This document shows, piece after piece, positions 7,062 to 14,056 of a DNA stretch of 34,280 nt (positions are counted from its first letter, which is position 1; each line of letters begins with the position of its first letter). The DNA is from a virus (lineage: Duplodnaviria; Caudoviricetes), in the IMG/VR virus record IMGVR_UViG_3300030372_001726, positions 1 through 34,280 of that record; one strand, written 5' to 3'. A program made the translations under genes and the position numbers. The notes below the pieces were generated by a model. That model was given only the letters and a program-made list of their open reading frames with translations, had not been told where the DNA came from and searched no databases.

Positions 7062-7287
7062 ATCAATCTGGGGAAAATCTGGGGTGCATTTTGGGGGTCT
7101 TTTATCTTCCTTATTAATCCTTAATGCTCCCCATAGTCCCATAAAGTTGCCAAATTTCCCAAATTGTTACCTTATGTTCCCTATTCTGCATCATTACCAA
7201 TGGTTTGCAAGAAGAAAAAACCATTATTTTATCGCAGTTTTCAGCCATTATTTTTTGCAAAAATCAATCTGGGGGGAATCTGGTGCA
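7062..7287. other. Candidate attP site
   Basis: Non-coding gap immediately 3' of int. Paired arm-type repeats AATCTGG at 7065/7076 and 7266/7277 (11-bp spacing), a 10-bp-phased CC array at 7109-7181, and a core at about 7189-7208 resembling a tRNA-Thr(GGT) anticodon arm. Confidence 0.72.
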
Positions 7288-7291
7288 AAAA

Positions 7292-8359
7292 TTAAGGTAA
7301 TAAATTAATTTTTTTAGGCATAGTTTGTGGCATTATATGAGAATAAACAGCCACACTCTTACTATTTTTCCACCCACCAATATCTTTCAAATCCTCAGTA
7401 TCACAACCTGCATAGGCTCTAAGCCATGTTGCAAAAGTGTGCCTACATTTGTGAGGAGTTTTTTCAAAACTAATATCAGCTTGTCTTAGCATATCTCTCC
7501 AATTAAAATATAACCCCTCGCCATCTTTTTTATTACTCCATGCTTTTCTCCAGATAAAAACATAGCGACCTCGATCATTAACTTTATTAAGCCATTCTTT
7601 TAAATTTTTATGGATAGTTACAGTTCTACTTTTATCGCCTTTACCTTCCCACAATTTAATTTCATCGTTATTAAAATTAATATGTTCCCATTTGCAATTT
7701 AAAGCTTCTTGAAGTCTAGCACCAGTATATATGCAAAACATCATTAACAACTTTATTTGAAACATACTTGTTGTTTTCATACATCTATCAACTTCTTCTG
7801 GAGTAAAATATATTGGATCTCTCTCAATTAATTTTAATCTAGAAATTACCATTTTATGACTCTTGCCTAATTGGTTTGCATAATTAATAACTAATGATGC
7901 AGGACATATAAAACTTCTATTTATAGTATTAAATCTGGCCGACTTTTGTTTTTTCTCAGATTCAGATAAATCAGAATAAGCAGAATTTTTTAAATATTCT
8001 TCCATTGGATAACACTCAAAGGCTTTTTCTTTTATTAGTTTGTTTGTTATGTGTCGAACATCATAGCTGCCTAGATAAGTAACTACTTTATCTATTAATT
8101 TTATTGTTTTAATAGATGGTGGTTTATCTACATCTTGTTTTTTTTCTTCGGCTATGCCTTTAAATTTATATGACTTTGTGCAATTAATATCTTTTTTTAA
8201 TCGTTCTATTAAGTGATATATAAATTTATTAGCCTCGCCTAATTTATCAGTTTTAGCACTAATATTTTTAATAACCTTAGTCTGTCCTTCATAGTTAAAA
8301 GTTCCATTTATATAATAAATATTACTTTTTACATCTGGTCTTCTTCTTGCCTTGAGCAT
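7292..8359 (-). CDS. int: Tyrosine integrase
   Basis: Catalytic residues R (TGARLQE), K (GKGDK), HxxR (HKCRH), GGW, Y (VYSH). Confidence 0.95.
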   Translation of the reverse strand: MLKARRRPDVKSNIYYINGTFNYEGQTKVIKNISAKTDKLGEANKFIYHLIERLKKDINCTKSYKFKGIAEEKKQDVDKPPSIKTIKLIDKVVTYLGSYDVRHITNKLIKEKAFECYPMEEYLKNSAYSDLSESEKKQKSARFNTINRSFICPASLVINYANQLGKSHKMVISRLKLIERDPIYFTPEEVDRCMKTTSMFQIKLLMMFCIYTGARLQEALNCKWEHINFNNDEIKLWEGKGDKSRTVTIHKNLKEWLNKVNDRGRYVFIWRKAWSNKKDGEGLYFNWRDMLRQADISFEKTPHKCRHTFATWLRAYAGCDTEDLKDIGGWKNSKSVAVYSHIMPQTMPKKINLLP

Positions 8360-8535
8360 AGTTCTATAATCCTTTCTATATGTTTATCGGTAAACCTTTG
8401 TTGCCTACCGACATAAGTATTCAAGGCATCTTCATTGGGAAATTTGGACTTTAATTCTTTGAGATTTCTTAAACAAGTTTTGTAGTGAATCTCAAGTCGT
8501 TCAGATAGATGTTTTATATTGTGGAGTCGAGTCAT
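8329..8535 (-). CDS. Excisionase/recombination directionality factor (MerR-like HTH)
   Basis: 68 aa basic HTH-like protein with VGRQQRFT wing, immediately upstream of and overlapping int. Confidence 0.7.
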   Translation of the reverse strand: MTRLHNIKHLSERLEIHYKTCLRNLKELKSKFPNEDALNTYVGRQQRFTDKHIERIIELCSRQEEDQM

Positions 8536-9039
8536 TTAATATTTTCCTTGTAAAATATGGGAATTTTCATCTTCATTCTTAGCCTCTTCTATGACTTTCT
8601 TGCGAAATTCATCAAGTTCTTCCCTCTCAGTTTGAGTTGTTGTGGATGGTGGATGAAATAAAGCTGCATTTTGTGGTGCTTTTTTTTCCTGCAATTTTGC
8701 CTCTAATTCTTTATATTTTTCCTCATCTTTTCTTTGGTGACCTAGATATAATTTATCTCTAAATTGACTTGGACTTAAAGATACATCCTCATAATCAATT
8801 AATATTACATTCCAAAAAGTTATTTTTTTATCATCTTTCATTGTAAAAAATTTCTTTTTAAAATGATGAACCATTTTATCAAAAGCCTTTGATAAATATT
8901 CTTCCATTTTAACTTTACCTAAAATTCTGGTACTATCATCTTCAAAATGCAACTGCCATAATGGTTGTTCAAACAATCCAGATTTGGGATTATCGCCACC
9001 AGAGTCTATTTGTATTACATCAATAATTTTTTTACTCAT
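8536..9039 (-). CDS. Hypothetical protein
   Basis: 167 aa, GGAG RBS, coupled within the operon. Confidence 0.75.
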   Translation of the reverse strand: MSKKIIDVIQIDSGGDNPKSGLFEQPLWQLHFEDDSTRILGKVKMEEYLSKAFDKMVHHFKKKFFTMKDDKKITFWNVILIDYEDVSLSPSQFRDKLYLGHQRKDEEKYKELEAKLQEKKAPQNAALFHPPSTTTQTEREELDEFRKKVIEEAKNEDENSHILQGKY

Positions 9040-9313
9040 TTAACAACTCCAACTGATTTGTATTTTCTTTTTGTTTCCAAAAAACATTACATAACCTAAA
9101 TGGTGGTTCGCCTTTAAATCTTGGAGGTTTAATTTGTTTTGTTTTTGTTAATAAAGCTGACTCTAATTGCTCAACATTTAAAAACATTTTCTCATTATTT
9201 TCTAATAATGTCAAAATAGCACCACCTTTTTTTATAGCTTTTTCTATTTCATAATCTTTTAAAGTTGCTTTGCCTTGCCATAATCTGCCAATATTTCTTT
9301 TATAATAATTCAT
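9032..9313 (-). CDS. Hypothetical protein
   Basis: 93 aa, GGAGG RBS, ATGA coupling. Confidence 0.72.
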   Translation of the reverse strand: MNYYKRNIGRLWQGKATLKDYEIEKAIKKGGAILTLLENNEKMFLNVEQLESALLTKTKQIKPPRFKGEPPFRLCNVFWKQKENTNQLELLNE

Positions 9314-9678
9314 GGTGTAAGACCTCCAAGTTTCATTTCTGCTCTTGCTGTTGCGTTATGGTCTCTCATTTGTTCTATTTTTTCAGTTACTCGTTCTAAT
9401 TCAGCATAAGCCTCATCCATTAACTCTTCTGCTTGTTGCAGCTTTGGGTTAATCTCAGTAACTTCTTTATCAATAAATGCTTTAGCTTTAGCATCTTCAA
9501 CACTATGTTTTTCATTAGTTAAAAAACGATAATGTAAATATTTAGTTTTAATTTTTTCCTCTTTAATTCTAGTCAAAGAGTTAAACATTCTTTTTGCTTT
9601 GCGATGATTAATAATTGCCTCATATTTAGTGTTGGCAACTATATGAGGATCATATTTATTTATTCCTTTGTCGTTCAT
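9310..9678 (-). CDS. Hypothetical coiled-coil protein
   Basis: 122 aa helical; within the recombination operon. Confidence 0.72.
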   Translation of the reverse strand: MNDKGINKYDPHIVANTKYEAIINHRKAKRMFNSLTRIKEEKIKTKYLHYRFLTNEKHSVEDAKAKAFIDKEVTEINPKLQQAEELMDEAYAELERVTEKIEQMRDHNATARAEMKLGGLTP

Positions 9679-9956
9679 AATTCTTCCTCTAATTTGTCTG
9701 CTATTAATCTAAGTGTGGTTGCTCTAACTCTGATATTATAATCTTTATCTTTATGACAACGATCATGACATTTTCTGCAAAGGCAGGTTAAGTTTTCAAT
9801 ATAATCTTTAAACTTGCTACCTCCCATACCTCTTGAAGATATGTGATGTATGTCTGTTCCTTCCCAACTATTACATTCAAAGCATTGCCAAGTTTGTACA
9901 AGAGTTAATTCCGGCAACCAGAAATCATTAAATATTTTAAAATGTTTAGTCGGCAT
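9675..9956 (-). CDS. HNH endonuclease-like protein
   Basis: CFEC...DIHHI..RGMGGS....IENLTCLCRKCH. Confidence 0.85.
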   Translation of the reverse strand: MPTKHFKIFNDFWLPELTLVQTWQCFECNSWEGTDIHHISSRGMGGSKFKDYIENLTCLCRKCHDRCHKDKDYNIRVRATTLRLIADKLEEEL

Positions 9957-10248
9957 AATTTTTTTTTGAGTAATAAAGGACTGTTGTATGATCTTTGTCT
10001 AAAAATTTACCAACAGCACTTAAAGATTTGTTAAGTTCTTTTATACATCTTTTAGTAAATTCAATTCTAGCAATCACATGGTCTCTTGTTCTCTCTTTAG
10101 ATTTTAAATTTTCGAGAGTGAGACCATGCTTGAAACATATTTGCTCGGCAATATCGTGCATACCACCTTTAAGAATAAATCTAGTTTCAACTAAATTATA
10201 TTTATTAGCAATGTATTTTAATGTTCTAACTTCGTCTGGAGTAAACAT
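9946..10248 (-). CDS. Stand-alone DnaA C-terminal (domain IV)-like HTH protein
   Basis: LKSKERTRDHVIAR...SLSAVGKFLDKDHTTVLY matches the DnaA signature S..R......R and SL..IG..F..RDHTTV. Confidence 0.82.
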   Translation of the reverse strand: MFTPDEVRTLKYIANKYNLVETRFILKGGMHDIAEQICFKHGLTLENLKSKERTRDHVIARIEFTKRCIKELNKSLSAVGKFLDKDHTTVLYYSKKNYAD

Positions 10249-10496
10249 TAAAAAGGAATATCCTCTCCCTCTGCTTGAGCATTGGCTTTAGGTTTAAAAT
10301 TATTTTCAGCACAATACCACTTGCCTTGCTTTGAAACTAAAACATCAATATTAATCCACTCCTCATCTTTGTTTTCTAATTTCTTTTTGTACCAATTAGT
10401 AAATTGATCTTTTTTTATTGATAGCTGACATTTAACAAAATCAACTTTTCCTTCTTTGGGATATAATCCTTCAACTAATTTTTTTTCTTCACTCAT
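10248..10496 (-). CDS. Small SSB-like protein
   Basis: 82 aa with acidic SSB-type tail EGEDIPF, directly downstream of ERF. Confidence 0.6.
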   Translation of the reverse strand: MSEEKKLVEGLYPKEGKVDFVKCQLSIKKDQFTNWYKKKLENKDEEWINIDVLVSKQGKWYCAENNFKPKANAQAEGEDIPF

Positions 10497-10984
10497 ACTA
10501 TGTGCCTTTTTTTATTGGTCTGTTTTACTTCGGATGCTGCATTAGCATCATCATCACTTGCCAAACCATATAAGGATTGTAATCCATATCGTTTTGCATA
10601 AGTAATAGCTGATCCCATTTTCTGTGGGTTATCTTTATCGTTTCCATTTATTAAAACTGGAACGCAACAAGTTAAAATTTCTTTATCTATATTGTGATAA
10701 ACTGTTGTTGTTACATAAATATCTTTATGTATTTCTTGGTACTTTAATTCTGAATCTTCTTTTACTTGCACTCTATCAACTATAATATTTTTATATTCTA
10801 TTGATTGTGAAAAGGATAAACCAAATTCTGCACCATGATTTACTGCATTAATAACACTTGTTAAATCTGAATATTTACTTTTAAAATGTGGATTAACAGC
10901 ACTTTTAGTAGCTTTAATATTTAAATCTTGAAAGAAAGTAAGTGACTCCTTTAAAGTTTTAGGACTTATTTTTTCCTCATCCAT
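10493..10984 (-). CDS. erf: ERF-family single-strand annealing protein
   Basis: NPHFKSKYSDL and PQKMGSAITYAKRYGL..LYGLASDDD signatures. Confidence 0.92.
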   Translation of the reverse strand: MDEEKISPKTLKESLTFFQDLNIKATKSAVNPHFKSKYSDLTSVINAVNHGAEFGLSFSQSIEYKNIIVDRVQVKEDSELKYQEIHKDIYVTTTVYHNIDKEILTCCVPVLINGNDKDNPQKMGSAITYAKRYGLQSLYGLASDDDANAASEVKQTNKKRHIV

Positions 10985-11606
10985 TTTTTTTCCTCATTAA
11001 TTTATTAAGGTCTTTGTCTATATCGAATGCTTTTCTAAAAAGTTTAAACTGTTTAAATGCAGCTTTTAAATCTGCTTTAGAAAATGTTGCAAATTCTGTT
11101 GTGTCGTTATCTTTTGGAAACCTAACTATAATTGCTTGTTCTATTTCAATGCCATCAACTTCTTTTATTAAAGCTGCATAGGCTGATAATTGAATAAGAT
11201 AATCTAAATATATTCCTTTGCTTGTTTTAAAATCAATTAAGGTGTTGCCATTAACAAGCAAGTCTGGACACCCACCATAAAATAATTTTTTACTAGCATA
11301 AGGTTTTTCAGTCCATGTAACTTGATAGTTAGATTTATCCCACCAATCTAAAAATTGATTAAAACAATTTTTAACTGTCTCATCTTCTGGTAAATCGTAA
11401 TGTTCATTTTTAATATGTAATTCTGCAAGGTTGTGAAGTTCTGTTCCTATATCACCTGCTTTATTTAATTCTTTAAAATAATCTTTACCTTCTAAACCTA
11501 ATCGATTTGCCCAAATTATTAAAGGAGTGCTTAATTTAAAACGAGATAATATTGTTGTTACTCCAGGTACTTTTTTCTTATTTACTATGTATTCAATCGT
11601 CGGCAT
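10977..11606 (-). CDS. PD-(D/E)XK exonuclease
   Basis: PGVTTIL, GTELH, YGGCPDL, IDFKTS, QLSAY motifs. Confidence 0.85.
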   Translation of the reverse strand: MPTIEYIVNKKKVPGVTTILSRFKLSTPLIIWANRLGLEGKDYFKELNKAGDIGTELHNLAELHIKNEHYDLPEDETVKNCFNQFLDWWDKSNYQVTWTEKPYASKKLFYGGCPDLLVNGNTLIDFKTSKGIYLDYLIQLSAYAALIKEVDGIEIEQAIIVRFPKDNDTTEFATFSKADLKAAFKQFKLFRKAFDIDKDLNKLMRKKNG

Positions 11607-11731
11607 TCTTAACCTTTATTATGTGTTCCTCTGCCTCCCAATAAACTTTGATATATTTGTAGGTGGGTGCTTTATTTATTCGGAGGAGAAAATTAACAAA
11701 TTTTAACACACCCACCATATTCATTGTTTTA

Positions 11732-11884
11732 TCAATGAAACTTTTTAAAATTATTAGGACTATCTTTTTCTGTTGCTACTTTGATACCAAACCAAATATG
11801 TTTATGCTGTTTTTCATTAAATGGTTTTACAGCAGGTTTGATAATTTGATTTTTTGATTTAAGTTTAAAAAAATTTTTAATCAT
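11732..11884 (-). CDS. 50-aa basic protein, first gene of the leftward early operon (not in ORF track)
   Basis: MIKNFFKLKSKNQIIKPAVKPFNEKQHKHIWFGIKVATEKDSPNNFKKFH; strong AAGGAG RBS at 11895-11890. Confidence 0.62.
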   Translation of the reverse strand: MIKNFFKLKSKNQIIKPAVKPFNEKQHKHIWFGIKVATEKDSPNNFKKFH

Positions 11885-11977
11885 TAAAACTCCTTGTCTG
11901 ATTTAAGGTGGGATCAGCTTATCCAATCCCACCCAGACAGACCTTTTATGTCTTAGGAGCAATCTAAGACAATTTGG

Positions 11978-12006
11978 ATTATTAAAGATTAATTTGGAGT
12001 TGTCAA
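11978..12006 (-). promoter_or_regulatory. Leftward early sigma70 promoter (PL-like)
   Basis: Minus strand TTGACA (12006-12001), 17 bp, AATAAT (11983-11978). The -35 lies inside the palindrome TTGTCAAG-CTAA-CTTGACAA. Confidence 0.6.
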
Positions 12007-12026
12007 GCTAACTTGACAAAGTAAAG

Positions 12027-12788
12027 TTATAAGGAAATTTGTTCGACTTTATAGTCAGTTTCAAATAAAGAAATATTAGATATTTGTGGATAGATAGCAT
12101 CATATTCACAATTATCTCTTTTTTCCCATTTATTTATCATCATGTTTTTATAAGTAACTTTTTCGCCTTGTTCTGTAAATTCGATTTTATCTTTGTTCAT
12201 AAATGTACCTTTCCACCATTGAAAAACAGCAGTACCATTTTTATTAAAATCTAATACATGACCATAATAAAACTGTTGGTCTTTAGAACATTGCATAATT
12301 GCATCAACATATAATAAAGCTTCTTTTTTTGTTTTATCTTTTACCCAATCTTTATGTTCCATATCTATAATAGAAAAAGAAGGTACTTTTTTAAAACCAT
12401 CGGCATCCCAATACATAGCTTTATAAGATGAAGGCATATATAAATCTTTTAAAGAATAAATTAATTCTATTGGTTGATCGTATTGTCTTGGTACAAAATG
12501 ACTATTTTCTCTATTAAAATATTGTATAATTTCTATTTTAGGAATGTCATCAGAAATAAGTTTATTTATTTTAACATTTAAAATTCTTGAAAACTCTTGA
12601 AGCTGAGAAAATTTAATATCTGTATCACCTTTTATAATTGAATAAATTGTTTGGTGAGACATTTTACCAAATCCATTTGGTTTCTCTGCTGTCATTAAAG
12701 CCAATGAACGAGCATTTTGCCCACTCTGATCAATAACCATTTTAAGATTATCTAAGTGTTTTTGTTGACCTAAAAGTTTCATTTGCAT
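12027..12788 (-). CDS. CI-like (XRE HTH) repressor
   Basis: N-terminal HTH (MSHQTIYSIIKGDTDIKFSQLQEFSRILNV); sits between the divergent early operons; no recognisable S24 catalytic motif. Confidence 0.72.
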   Translation of the reverse strand: MQMKLLGQQKHLDNLKMVIDQSGQNARSLALMTAEKPNGFGKMSHQTIYSIIKGDTDIKFSQLQEFSRILNVKINKLISDDIPKIEIIQYFNRENSHFVPRQYDQPIELIYSLKDLYMPSSYKAMYWDADGFKKVPSFSIIDMEHKDWVKDKTKKEALLYVDAIMQCSKDQQFYYGHVLDFNKNGTAVFQWWKGTFMNKDKIEFTEQGEKVTYKNMMINKWEKRDNCEYDAIYPQISNISLFETDYKVEQISL

Positions 12789-12904
12789 AGCAACCTACCT
12801 CATTCTAGTGTAGGTTTCTATAAATAACCTACCTGTCTTTGACTTTATGTCAAAGCATATAAAAATAAATATTTATACATCAAAATTTACAAAGTAAAGT
12901 TTAT

Positions 12905-12940
12905 TTGACAAAGACAATTTTTATTATTATTTGTCTATTA
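12905..12940 (+). promoter_or_regulatory. Rightward early promoter (PR-like), possibly leaderless
   Basis: TTGACA 12905-12910, 17 bp, TATTTG 12928-12933, then 6 nt to the ATG at 12940; no SD upstream. Confidence 0.45.
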
Positions 12941-13209
12941 TGATTATAAAATGCACAATTTGTAAAAAAACTGTGGAATATAGCCAAAATCTGTCAAAAA
13001 AACAGATAAAAGTTTTAAAATTTATTCAAGATTATCAGCAAAAAAATAATAAAACTCCTAGCTTTCGTGAGATAGCAAAAGGACTAAATTATCAGACTCC
13101 GAGCAATGTTTTTAGGATGATTGATACATTAATAGACAAACAATACATACAAAAACGACCATATTCAGCCAGATCCTTTGTTATTTTAAAGGCTCTGCCC
13201 TGTGCATAG
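12940..13209 (+). CDS. LexA DNA-binding-domain-only protein with N-terminal CxxC
   Basis: LSKKQIKVLKFI...TPSFREIAKGL....PSNVFRMIDTLIDKQYIQKRPYSARSF aligns by eye to the LexA winged HTH; no peptidase domain; occupies the cro position. Confidence 0.85.
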   Translation: MIIKCTICKKTVEYSQNLSKKQIKVLKFIQDYQQKNNKTPSFREIAKGLNYQTPSNVFRMIDTLIDKQYIQKRPYSARSFVILKALPCA

Positions 13210-14056
13210 CCATTTAGATTTATGTTCTGGTATAGGTGGATTCGCTTTAGGCTTACAAAACACAGGTTATTTTAAAACATCAGCCTTTTGTGAAATTGAT
13301 TCTTATTGCCAGAAAGTATTAAATAAAAATTTCCCAGACATACCAATATACAGCGACATAAGAGAATTTAGTCCGACAAAAGAAAAAATTAATCCATTTA
13401 TAATTACATCTGGTTTTCCTTGTCAGCCATTTTCTGTTGCAGGAAGACAAAAAGGAAAAGATGACAACAGAAATCTCTGGAAAGAAACTTTTAGAATTAT
13501 CAAAGAGTCCAAACCTACTTGGTTCATTGGAGAAAATGTTAGTGGAATTGTTAGGATGTATCTCGACACCATACTTGAGGACCTGGAGAGTGCGAACTAC
13601 TCCACGAGGTGCTTTATTATTTCAGCTCAAAGCATCGGTGCAAAACATGAAAGGGAACGCATTTGGATTGTGGCGAACTCCAGATGGATCAGCAGGGGGG
13701 ACAAACATCAAGGGGATCAGAAGATGCCTCGACAAGAACCAACCTTTGCTAAGACCGAGTGGTCACGCAATACAAGTGAGATTGACCGATCAGATTCTAG
13801 AGCCGAGACTTTATCCAACTCCAACAACATCGGAACAAAAATACAGACTCAAAGGAAACTCTCAAGCTTCGAAATCTTTAGAGGCTCAAGCCAGACAAAT
13901 TGGTGGGAAATTGAATCCGAACTTTGTGGAACACCTAATGGGCTTTCCACAGAATTGGACAAAGATAGAGTAAAAAGAATTAAGGGACTAGGCAATGCTA
14001 TTGTTCCTCAAATACCATTTTATATAGGACAGGCAATAGGGAGGCTTTATGAGTGA
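13202..14056 (+). CDS. C5 cytosine DNA methyltransferase (alpha subunit)
   Basis: Motif I DLCSGIGG, IV GFPCQPFS, VI ENV, VIII HERERIWIV, X LGNAIV; motif IX not evident in this frame. Confidence 0.92.
   Translation: MHSHLDLCSGIGGFALGLQNTGYFKTSAFCEIDSYCQKVLNKNFPDIPIYSDIREFSPTKEKINPFIITSGFPCQPFSVAGRQKGKDDNRNLWKETFRIIKESKPTWFIGENVSGIVRMYLDTILEDLESANYSTRCFIISAQSIGAKHERERIWIVANSRWISRGDKHQGDQKMPRQEPTFAKTEWSRNTSEIDRSDSRAETLSNSNNIGTKIQTQRKLSSFEIFRGSSQTNWWEIESELCGTPNGLSTELDKDRVKRIKGLGNAIVPQIPFYIGQAIGRLYE
13461..13973 (+). CDS. Nested alternative-frame C5 methyltransferase beta subunit (TRD + motif IX)
   Basis: 170-codon open +1 frame inside the MTase gene; AAGGA RBS before ATG 13461; ends LNPNFVEHLMGFPQNWT (motif IX-like); two W/Y-x-TP repeats. 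Confidence 0.8.
   Translation: MTTEISGKKLLELSKSPNLLGSLEKMLVELLGCISTPYLRTWRVRTTPRGALLFQLKASVQNMKGNAFGLWRTPDGSAGGTNIKGIRRCLDKNQPLLRPSGHAIQVRLTDQILEPRLYPTPTTSEQKYRLKGNSQASKSLEAQARQIGGKLNPNFVEHLMGFPQNWTKIE

Noticed and set aside
7070-7097. Possible G-quadruplex
   Set aside because: Only three G-runs, better explained as integrase arm-type repeats.
7100-7185. CRISPR-like or tandem repeat array
   Set aside because: Units are about 10 bp and degenerate with no spacers; no cas genes.
7084-7308. 74-aa plus-strand ORF
   Set aside because: Runs across the repeat-rich attP and has no RBS or protein-like features.
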